A stretch of DNA of 32,000 nt. Source: Vulcanisaeta distributa DSM 14429 (GTDB lineage: Archaea > Thermoproteota > Thermoprotei > Thermoproteales > Thermocladiaceae). The notes beneath the pieces are model-generated. The model ran no database searches. It saw only the letters and a list, made by a program, of their open reading frames with translations, and was not told the DNA's origin. The stretch lies in assembly GCF_000148385.1 (NCBI RefSeq), contig NC_014537.1, forward strand, positions 330,001 to 362,000. Reading direction: 5' to 3'. Of this stretch, positions 16,170-24,278 are shown in pieces; the first letter of the stretch is position 1, and each line of letters starts with the position of its first letter. A program made the position numbers and the translations under genes.

Positions 16170-17651
16170 CTACTTAATGGGTAGTTTATCCACAAAGTAA
16201 ATCTTCCTAAGCTTCTTATAAAACGCCACCCTGGAGTTCACAAAATCAATCAACTCCTTATCAGACACCTTACCCCTATACTCATCACGCAGCACCACGT
16301 ACGCAACAGGCAACTGACCAATGCTTGGGTCCTCAGCCTGCTCACCAGTTACATAGGCCTCCTTAACGGCTGGGTGTCTCATCAATATTATTTCCAGGTC
16401 CCGTGGAAATATTGGGTAGCCCTTGTACTTAATCATCCTCTTCTTAACGCCCCTGAAGTAAAGTAAGCCCTTGTCGTCCATAACCATCAAGTCGCCAGTT
16501 AATAACCAACCATTATGAAAGGCTCTCCTCGTATCATCCGGGTCCGAGTAGCCCTTCATCACCCAAGGAGCCTTTGCAGCTAACTCACCAACACTGCCCA
16601 CGCCTAATTCCTTAGATGGGTCGTTTGGATCGACAATCTTTAACTCGGCACCTGGTATTGCCGAGCCAACCGTACCAGTCACATCCTTATACCTGACTGG
16701 CTGCACCGTGAGTACGTACGCCTCAGTTAAGCCGTAGAACTGCACAAGCGGCACACCAAATCTCTGATAAAATCCTAGCTGGGTCGCTGGCGGTAATGGC
16801 GCAGCTGCTGAGAGGGCAAGCCTTAATGACGACAGTGCATTAGGACTTAAGTCCCTGTTATTAAGTATCTGGTCAAACATTAAGGGCACGCCTGCAAACA
16901 CCGTTATTCCATACCTACGTATTAACTCGGGCGTGTCCTTAGCGTCAAAGTGCCTGGCAATAACTGCCTTGGCGCCTCTCACGAAGGCCGACATAAGCTC
17001 AGTAAGACCAAGTATGTGGGATAGCTGGGCAACCACAAGTACGGAGTCCTTGGGATTTAGCTCTATCGCCTCGCCAAATGCGTAAGGCCCTGAGTATAGG
17101 CTAAAGTATGTATGCCAAACCTGCATTGTCCTCCCAGCAATACCTGCATAGTAGTAGATTAGCCCAACATCATCACTCCTAACCTCGATCGGCCTGCCTA
17201 TTGAGGGGACGCTACTTAACAACTCCTGAAAGCTCAGTATACCTTGTCCAGAGACGCCAACACCAACAACCCTATACTTAGATAAAACAGCGGTCTCCCT
17301 CTCAATGACTGACCTATCGGCAATAACGACCTTAGGAGCCGAATCACTCAATTGGTAATCAAGGTCCTCAGATATGGTTAATGGATCTATGAGGACGGCA
17401 GACGCGCCAAGAATCCACGTCGCAAATAATGAGATGACGGCCTCCATACTATTACTCATGATTATGGCAACCCTATCTCCATGACCAACATCAAACCTAC
17501 TTAATGAGCCTGCAAGCCTGGCGGCTTTACTGTAAAGTTCGCCATACGTTAATGAGGCACCGCTTTCATCAATTAGGAAAACATCGTTCGAGCGACTCCT
17601 TGAATAATCAAGTAATACCTCAACTGGATTTTGATATTGATAGTTTATCAT
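16170..17651 (-). CDS. ANL-superfamily (AMP-dependent) acyl-CoA ligase-like protein with atypical motifs
   Basis: A4-like LSHILGL, A5 QFYGLTEA, A7/A8 LLTGDLMVMDDKGLLYFRGVKKRMIKYKGYPIFPRDLE. The P-loop reads YAGIAGRTMQ and the protein ends at ...VDKLPIK. ATG17651 or GTG17660 could be the start. Confidence 0.8.
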   Translation of the reverse strand: MINYQYQNPVEVLLDYSRSRSNDVFLIDESGASLTYGELYSKAARLAGSLSRFDVGHGDRVAIIMSNSMEAVISLFATWILGASAVLIDPLTISEDLDYQLSDSAPKVVIADRSVIERETAVLSKYRVVGVGVSGQGILSFQELLSSVPSIGRPIEVRSDDVGLIYYYAGIAGRTMQVWHTYFSLYSGPYAFGEAIELNPKDSVLVVAQLSHILGLTELMSAFVRGAKAVIARHFDAKDTPELIRRYGITVFAGVPLMFDQILNNRDLSPNALSSLRLALSAAAPLPPATQLGFYQRFGVPLVQFYGLTEAYVLTVQPVRYKDVTGTVGSAIPGAELKIVDPNDPSKELGVGSVGELAAKAPWVMKGYSDPDDTRRAFHNGWLLTGDLMVMDDKGLLYFRGVKKRMIKYKGYPIFPRDLEIILMRHPAVKEAYVTGEQAEDPSIGQLPVAYVVLRDEYRGKVSDKELIDFVNSRVAFYKKLRKIYFVDKLPIK

Positions 17652-17656
17652 GGTAA

Positions 17657-19549
17657 TCACGGCTTTATATAACCACGCTCAATTAGTGCCGCCTTTATAT
17701 CATCTAGAGTCCTAACATCATCTAATGTTGATATGTCCCCATACGGCTCATTCTTCACCAAGGCCCTTAGTAACCTCCTCATTATCTTACCCGACTTAGT
17801 CTTCGGTAGTCTCCTTACGATTATTACATCATCAACCCTAGTACCTGACGCCCTGGCGAACTCCTTAATATCGTTTATCAGGACCTCCGATGGAGCCTCC
17901 CCTGATTTAAGTACGACGAAGGCCAGTACCTTCTCGCCACCACCAGGCGCCGGTGCACCAACAACGGCCGCCTCAGCGACTGCCTTATGCCTTGCTAGGA
18001 TACCCTCTATGTCCATTGTACCAAGTCTCTCGCCGGCAATGGTCAATATATCATCAGCCCTACCCAGCACGTATAGGTAACCATCCGAGTCGTAGAAGCC
18101 ATAATCACCTGTATAGAAATACCCTGGGAACCTACTCCAGTACGTCTTCACTAATCTCTCGTGATTGGGGTCATTCCACATCTTAGCCATTGCCGGGTTT
18201 GGAATGGCAATGACTATGTAACCCCTCTGCCCAGGCGGCAGTGGATTACCGTCATCGTCAACCACCAGCCACTTACTACCTGGGAATTGAATACCAGCCG
18301 AACCAGGCTTAAACGGTATCTCGCCGAGTCCATACGGCGTCGCGGCAATTGGTATAAGGTGCTCCGTCATCCAGTAGGCATCGGCGATCATGGTATTTGG
18401 CAATTGCTGTATATACCACTCAGCAACGCCTGGGTTAAGCGTCTCCCCTGTATTGAGTATTATCCTCAGACTTGACAAGTCCCCCTTAAGTGCGTCCTCG
18501 CCAATGCTTCTAATTGTGTATAACGTGGTCGTACTACTCCAGATTAAAGAAACACGGTACTTCTCAACAATTCTAGCAAATAAGTCCCTCTTATAACCCA
18601 CGAATCCCTCAAACAGGAGGCCTGTTAATCCCATCACGGGTATTGTGTATAGATTCGCCATGGGCCACACGGGCCACCCCAACTCACTTATTGTCCACCA
18701 AACATCAGTGTCCTGTGGGTTAAATAACGCCCTAAATGTCCAATTAAGGCCTATTGGATAACCACCATTACTCTGCCAAAGCCCCTTGGGCCTACCCGTA
18801 GTACCTGACGTGTAGTATATGGTGGCTGGCTCATTAGCCTCCACAGGGACTGGCTCGACATAGACCTTACCCTTTGGAGCTATATCCTCATAGACAAGGT
18901 CTCTACCCTGTTTAACATTGAAGTCAGAGAATCCCCTGGATACAACCAGAACCTTCTCAACAGGTGTTTGGTACTTCTCGAGTGTCCTATCCACGAGATC
19001 CTTCATCCTAACCTCATCACCAGCCCTAAATCCCTTCGATGCAACTATGAATACCTTCGACCCACAATCCTGAAGCCTATATGCAAGGGTCTCCTCACTT
19101 AAACCAGCGTAGTGAATTACCAATGTGGCGCCGAGCCTATGCACGGCGAGCCCAAAGTAAACGGCCTCTGGCGTGTTGGGCATCATCATCGAGACCGTAT
19201 CACCCTTCTTAACGCCAAGCTCCTTGAGCACATACGCGGCCCTATTAACCTCCCTGTAAAGGTCCCAATAACTAATGACCCTACTATCGCCCCTCTCATT
19301 CTCATAATAAAACGCGACCTTATTGGCCCTAGCCGGTATGTGCCTATCAACAGCGTTATAACTAATGTTTAGATAACCACCCCTAAACCAATAAACATCC
19401 GGCGCCCTGCCCTCGAATATCGACTTCGGCCTTTCAAACCACGTAAGGTAATCAGCCTTATCAGCCCAGAATTTGGCCGGGTTCTCAGAGGCCTCAATAG
19501 CCATTCGCCTTATCTTATCTAAGGAATAGAACTTTTGGTTTACTGCCAT
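17657..19549 (-). CDS. Acetyl-CoA synthetase family (short-chain acyl-CoA synthetase, AMP-forming)
   Basis: ACS-type N-terminus (FWADKADYLTWF...WFRGGYLNISYNAVDRH), P-loop YTSGTTGRPKG and A10 RRLPKTKSGKIMRRLL. It is 630 aa. Confidence 0.85.
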   Translation of the reverse strand: MAVNQKFYSLDKIRRMAIEASENPAKFWADKADYLTWFERPKSIFEGRAPDVYWFRGGYLNISYNAVDRHIPARANKVAFYYENERGDSRVISYWDLYREVNRAAYVLKELGVKKGDTVSMMMPNTPEAVYFGLAVHRLGATLVIHYAGLSEETLAYRLQDCGSKVFIVASKGFRAGDEVRMKDLVDRTLEKYQTPVEKVLVVSRGFSDFNVKQGRDLVYEDIAPKGKVYVEPVPVEANEPATIYYTSGTTGRPKGLWQSNGGYPIGLNWTFRALFNPQDTDVWWTISELGWPVWPMANLYTIPVMGLTGLLFEGFVGYKRDLFARIVEKYRVSLIWSSTTTLYTIRSIGEDALKGDLSSLRIILNTGETLNPGVAEWYIQQLPNTMIADAYWMTEHLIPIAATPYGLGEIPFKPGSAGIQFPGSKWLVVDDDGNPLPPGQRGYIVIAIPNPAMAKMWNDPNHERLVKTYWSRFPGYFYTGDYGFYDSDGYLYVLGRADDILTIAGERLGTMDIEGILARHKAVAEAAVVGAPAPGGGEKVLAFVVLKSGEAPSEVLINDIKEFARASGTRVDDVIIVRRLPKTKSGKIMRRLLRALVKNEPYGDISTLDDVRTLDDIKAALIERGYIKP

Positions 19550-19637
19550 AAATATTTTATTTATAAGCTCTTTTTAAATATTACCTCACGAAATTAGGGT
19601 ATAAAGTTTTATTGAATTATTTACATAAGTAAAATTG

Positions 19638-20431
19638 TTAACCAACAACGCTATTGTAGTAATCAAACGTTAACTCCTCATACCACTTAGGTACCCTGGG
19701 CTCATACAATGAGAATTTAGCCAGTGGGTATGGGTGTATTCTCCTCACGGCATTAATACCGGGGATTATTAGGTTCAGGTACTTGGCTGGTATGATGATA
19801 CTTATCTCGTGATTCTCCGTCCTCCCAAGTATTAACTCACCCGTTCCTGGAATATTTATTTGAACCTTACCGTACTTATGGGAATATGGTATTAATGTGC
19901 ATGATGCCAGTCCCATGTACGTAATCTCCCCTGGCATGATGCCATTCCAAATCAAGGCCTTGGCTATGGTAGCTATTTGGGCAGGTAATCCATAAATAAT
20001 GACTACATGCGGTTCAAAGTCTATCCTGTCAAGCGGCGATATTAGTACTAACTCTGTTGAGCCAGGTTCAAGAAACCTCATATGTAACGTGGCGACTATC
20101 TTATTCATGGTTTCCCTATCCGACGTATGCCACTGTGGTATATCCCTATCAATATAGTCCAGTGTGGTCCTTGTAAGTCCAAGCGCCTCAGCACCTATCA
20201 TGCAGAAGGAGTCCTCAAGCCCTATCGCTAACCTCCAGCCATAGGTCCTCACAATGTTTATAGCTTGACAAAACGCAACCCTAATACCAAGATCCTTATA
20301 TGGCCTCTTGAAGTCACTAATGTTACATTGCTCGCCCTTACCGCAGAACCTAACGCCTATTGGTCACGTCATTAAACCAAGAACTTCCCTCAACTAACGC
20401 CCTGTTGCCTAACCTCATCAATTGATGCCAT
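19638..20431 (-). pseudogene. DUF169 (COG2043) family gene with a disrupted 5' end; an intact ORF runs only from GTG20252
   Basis: The body (19638-20252) is one ORF. Family-like sequence PIGVRFCGKGEQCNISDFKRPYKDLGIRVAFCQAINI continues in frame upstream (20253-20363) with no start codon and is closed by TGA (20364-20366). ATG20431 sits 27 nt below a TATA-like CCTTAAAA (20454-20461). It opens MASIDEVRQQGVS* in a second frame, and MRLGNRALVEGSSWFNDVTNRR* runs in the third. Confidence 0.55.
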
Positions 20432-20647
20432 GAAACTCTATTATGAAAAATTACCTTAAAAGGATTATAGGGTTATACCGTGGTTATGGGTTATGAGCAT
20501 GGTTTTTTACCAATAAAATATGGCAGTAAGATATCAATAATTATATGATTTACCTAGGGACTTTCATTATTTATAACTACTTATCCAGGAAATTCTTTGT
20601 TATATTGATAAGCAAATATTTAAAATAATACGGGTTCAGTATGATTA

Positions 20648-22030
20648 ATGATTCTTGAAATTGCGAAATTACTTGTTAGGCTTAGGGCCTATTGGGCGTC
20701 AATTAGGGGTCTCAGGGAGTTCATCGACGATTACCCATTTGATGAAATAGCGCTTAAGGCGCTTAAGGGCCGTGATGCGGTTTATCCATTTGGTGAGATA
20801 GCTACCTATGGCTCTGCTGTGCTTGGTTCTGGGGTTTATGATAAGAGGGGTTTTCCTCGATTTAAGACCCTAGATAATTCAATAATATTGTTACCGCCGG
20901 CATTTACGCCAAAAAGGCTTGAGAAGATGGCTGAGCTTCTTCGGGAGCCCACGTTCATGGACGTGAACCTGGAGGGTTCATTGGGTGGTTTTAAGGTTTC
21001 CATGCCCATAGTCGTCGGTTCGATGGGTTCTACTTCAATAGCTAGTAAATTTAGCCTTGAGATAGCTAGGGCAGCGGCTAAGGCGGGTATTGTCATGGGT
21101 ATTGGGGAGAACGTGGCCACGGTTAGGGGCTACTCGAGGAGGTACACGAGGGGTCACCCGAGCTTTAAGGAGAGGTTGATGGCGTACTTAACGAATGTGG
21201 ATAAATATGGTGGGGTCGTTATTCAGCAGAACGTGGAGGATGCGTATGATGAGCTTTGGAATAAGGTATATAGTGATAAGGATGTTGAGCCCTACATTGA
21301 GGAGGGCCTTATCGGCTTTGAGATTAAGATGGGGCAGGGGGCTAAGCCGGGTCTTGGTGGTGTGATTAAGATTCCAAGGGAGGAGGCCATTAGGCTTAAG
21401 GCTAAGTACCACTTCGAGATTGACCCGGAGAAGGTTAAGGATAAGTTCATAACAAGGTACTCGGTGCCTGGTACGTACACTGAGGACATACTTAGGGGCA
21501 TGATTAGGTTCATGAAGACGGCATACCCAAGGGCTAGGATTTGGATTAAGCTTGGTCCTTATAGAGATGTGGATAGGGTCATTAGCATAGCCCATGAGGA
21601 GGGCGCCCACGCCGTTGTGATTGACGGCAAGGAGGGCGGCACGGGCATGGCGCCTTCAGTGGCCATGAAGGACCTGGGCTACCCAACCATAGTAGCCCTT
21701 AAGAAGATACATGATGCCAGGAAGCTTGGGATAATGGACACATCACTACTGCTTGCGGGTAGGCTTTATAATGGTTCACATGTGGTTAAGGCCGTTGCCC
21801 TGGGAGCCAGTGGCGCCTACATGGCTAGGCCGTTCCTCATAGCGGCGATGGTTAAGGGTGAGAAGGGGGTTTTGAATTACATAGAGGCTGTTAAGGAGGA
21901 GATGCAGATGTTGGTGTCTGCATTGGGTAAGTACGACATTAGGGAGGTTAATACGGAGGATGTTGCTGCCATTGATAGGGGCATCGCCGAGATGTTTGGA
22001 ATACCGTATGTCTACTCACCATCATTTTAA
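20648..22030 (+). CDS. Glutamate-synthase-related FMN-binding (GltB domain 2-like) protein
   Basis: FEIKMGQGAKPGLGGVIK, VIDGKEGGTGMAP and the overall TIM-barrel FMN domain pattern. No Cys-rich ferredoxin segment is visible. Confidence 0.85.
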   Translation: MILEIAKLLVRLRAYWASIRGLREFIDDYPFDEIALKALKGRDAVYPFGEIATYGSAVLGSGVYDKRGFPRFKTLDNSIILLPPAFTPKRLEKMAELLREPTFMDVNLEGSLGGFKVSMPIVVGSMGSTSIASKFSLEIARAAAKAGIVMGIGENVATVRGYSRRYTRGHPSFKERLMAYLTNVDKYGGVVIQQNVEDAYDELWNKVYSDKDVEPYIEEGLIGFEIKMGQGAKPGLGGVIKIPREEAIRLKAKYHFEIDPEKVKDKFITRYSVPGTYTEDILRGMIRFMKTAYPRARIWIKLGPYRDVDRVISIAHEEGAHAVVIDGKEGGTGMAPSVAMKDLGYPTIVALKKIHDARKLGIMDTSLLLAGRLYNGSHVVKAVALGASGAYMARPFLIAAMVKGEKGVLNYIEAVKEEMQMLVSALGKYDIREVNTEDVAAIDRGIAEMFGIPYVYSPSF

Positions 22031-22070
22031 AACGGTCTAACTTAATAAGGCTATTATTTCTAGCGTTATC

Positions 22071-22946
22071 GTGAATTTAAGAGCATTTGTTAGGCTTTCT
22101 AGGATTGAGCATGGAATACTAACAAGCCTAATAGTCATTGCATCCTACGTAATAGCCGGCGGTAGAAGCGCCATCGCCATGGTACTCCTCTTCCTATCAT
22201 CACTGCTCACTGAGATATTCCTCTTCGCCACAAACGACATTTACAATATTGAGGAGGACAGAATTAATAGGCCAGATGCACCCCTCGTACGTGGTGAAGT
22301 ATCAATCAATGAGGCCTGGGCGTTATCATTACTATCCGTAGTCATTGCCGTATCATTGAACGTGCTTGGTATTGTCATGGGGTATTTAATGATTTGGAGC
22401 ATTGTAATATTAATAATGGCTATAGTACTTGGTTTCTCCTACAATTATAGGTTGAAGAGGGTCATTATCGTGAACAATGCCTTTGTGGCAGTAACATCAT
22501 CATTAACATTCCTATACGGACTATACGCAGTCTCACCCACAGTACCAACCCTCAATCTCCCATACCTACTATTTATCGTTTCCTTCCTGGCGACCATGGG
22601 CAGGGAATTGGTTAAGGGCGCAATTGATGTTGCTGGTGACGTGAGGGCTGGTGTTAAGACCGTGGCTAATACCTACGGCATTAAAATCGCCATAACTCTC
22701 GCGGTAATATTTACGTTGGTTGCAGTCCTTATATCACCGTTAATTATTATCTATGCGCTCCGAAATCCATATGGGCTAGTTTTATCGGTGGGTGTCTTGG
22801 CAACGGATGCTATTCTCATGTACATATCAATAGCGCTTCTTCGAAATAGTAATTACATGGGTAGGTTCAGGGTATTGTCCCTTGGGGCCATGGCGATTAC
22901 GATAATTGCATATTTATTATTTGCATTGTTGGTGACTGTTCATTAA
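22071..22946 (+). CDS. UbiA-family prenyltransferase, probably digeranylgeranylglyceryl phosphate (DGGGP) synthase-like
   Basis: Polytopic membrane protein. First Asp-rich motif NDIYNIEEDRINRPDAPLVRGEVS, second motif KGAIDVAGDVRAGVKTV. The start is GTG, with CTTAATAAGG centred ~26 nt upstream. Confidence 0.8.
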   Translation: MNLRAFVRLSRIEHGILTSLIVIASYVIAGGRSAIAMVLLFLSSLLTEIFLFATNDIYNIEEDRINRPDAPLVRGEVSINEAWALSLLSVVIAVSLNVLGIVMGYLMIWSIVILIMAIVLGFSYNYRLKRVIIVNNAFVAVTSSLTFLYGLYAVSPTVPTLNLPYLLFIVSFLATMGRELVKGAIDVAGDVRAGVKTVANTYGIKIAITLAVIFTLVAVLISPLIIIYALRNPYGLVLSVGVLATDAILMYISIALLRNSNYMGRFRVLSLGAMAITIIAYLLFALLVTVH

Positions 22947-23254
22947 ATACCGAGGACACTTCGGAGAATTGCTAGGTAATTTACCTCCTTGAATTTCATT
23001 TCCCTGAGGGACGGTATTTCAATGAGCATGGGCTTCCTCATTTTCATCCTCAACTTATCAAAATCCTCCCTAACCCTATCCACGAGGTTGCTCGTTATTA
23101 ATATCGCACCAACACCCTCCTCGACACTCAACTCCTTAATTATTGCCAGTATGTTCTCATTCTCATTAATGACCCTACCCTCAAACCCAAGCAACTTAAA
23201 GGTATATACCGTATGCTCATCGCCAAGCACTACTGCACGCACGTTTTCAGACAC
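22943..23254 (-). CDS. atpF: A/V-type ATP synthase subunit F
   Basis: RAVVLGDEHTVYTFKLLGFEG matches the subunit F N-terminal pattern, and the size (~100 aa) fits. The alternative start GTG23242 (MRAVVLGD...) fits the TATA-like TTTATAAA better. Confidence 0.75.
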   Translation of the reverse strand: MSENVRAVVLGDEHTVYTFKLLGFEGRVINENENILAIIKELSVEEGVGAILITSNLVDRVREDFDKLRMKMRKPMLIEIPSLREMKFKEVNYLAILRSVLGI

Positions 23255-23284
23255 TATGATGAATTTATAAAGTTAATTACATAA

Positions 23285-23824
23285 TCACCATGGCTCCCTC
23301 TTAAGCCCAAGTAAGTAGGCTATTGTATTCGTGGCCAGGTGTATCGGTGGGGTTATTACCACGGCAATAACCACATAAATAATCCTTAAGACACTTGGCT
23401 GAATGAGCCATAGGGCTAGCAATGCCGCCAGTAGGAAGTCAAGCTGGTCAAGCAGTGGTGCCGGCGCTCCACGGGGCAGACCAAGCCTTCTCTTAATGAA
23501 CGCCCCAAGTAAATCGCCCAGTAATGCCGCTATACACATTACAAATACGGCCAATGGATTTGGGAGCTCCGAGACTATATTCACAGCCCTGGCTACCACG
23601 ATGTACGTTAACTCGCCAATTACGAAACCAGCCAACAAACCCGTGATAAAACCCTCATACGTCTTTCCATCACCAAAAAGCCTCTTCCCATCAATGAAAT
23701 TACGACCAAGATCTATTGGCGTCCTACGCCTAAACACCTTACTAGCAATTACAGGCGTTGCATTAGCTACATATGGAGGCCAAATAATCAGTAACGTAAT
23801 TATGAAGTCCCAAAGTAAGCTCAC
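23285..23824 (-). CDS. carS: CDP-archaeol synthase (CDP-2,3-bis-O-geranylgeranyl-sn-glycerol synthase, DUF46 family)
   Basis: WPPYVANATPVIASK...RRTPIDLGRNFIDGKRLFGDGKTYEGFITG is the CarS signature region. It is a multi-TM protein. The GTG start lies 6 nt after the upstream stop. Confidence 0.85.
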   Translation of the reverse strand: MSLLWDFIITLLIIWPPYVANATPVIASKVFRRRTPIDLGRNFIDGKRLFGDGKTYEGFITGLLAGFVIGELTYIVVARAVNIVSELPNPLAVFVMCIAALLGDLLGAFIKRRLGLPRGAPAPLLDQLDFLLAALLALWLIQPSVLRIIYVVIAVVITPPIHLATNTIAYLLGLKREPW

Positions 23825-23830
23825 GCGTAA

Positions 23831-24223
23831 TCACTCGAGACTATGCCTCTTGATTAGGTGTGTTATTGCGGAGTTCTTTGTTATGAACTCCTGACCGCAC
23901 ACGAGGCAGTAGTAAATATCCATCCCATTACGCCTAACCGAGACAATCAAGTGCTCCTTGATGTGCCTAAGGAATGCCCCCTCCCCATTCAATTTAGCAT
24001 TACAAATCTCGCATGTTATTGTTTTTCCGCCAACCCTGCCATGCCTACGCATGTGGGTGACGAAGGAATTAACGTCAACCTCGGCTCCGCACTTTGGGCA
24101 CTTTAGCTTGGGTCTTGGTGATGCCTTGGTTATTGCGTCGACTACCTTATTGACATCCTCGCCCATGTAATCACACAGTGGGCATACCACGATCTTAGTC
24201 AATGCCTTGGCTGCAGTGCTCAT
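23831..24223 (-). CDS. Small zinc-finger protein: N-terminal CxxC plus three classical C2H2 fingers
   Basis: CPLC(14-17). CPKCGAEVDVNSFVTHMRRH (C-x2-C-x11-H-x3-H). CEICNAKLNGEGAFLRHIKEH (C-x2-C-x12-H-x3-H). CLVCGQEFITKNSAITHLIKRH (C-x2-C-x12-H-x4-H). Confidence 0.7.
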   Translation of the reverse strand: MSTAAKALTKIVVCPLCDYMGEDVNKVVDAITKASPRPKLKCPKCGAEVDVNSFVTHMRRHGRVGGKTITCEICNAKLNGEGAFLRHIKEHLIVSVRRNGMDIYYCLVCGQEFITKNSAITHLIKRHSLE

Positions 24224-24249
24224 AGTCGTGAGACCCTAACCCTCTTACC

Positions 24250-24257
24250 TTTTTAAG
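24250..24257. promoter_or_regulatory. Single central TATA-like box in the 55-bp divergent spacer between 24223 (-) and 24279 (+)
   Basis: TTTTTAAG is centred ~26 nt from ATG24279 and ~30 nt from the minus-strand ATG24223. I see no second AT-rich box in the spacer. Confidence 0.4.
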
Positions 24258-24278
24258 TTCTAACACTTAACTTAGGCA

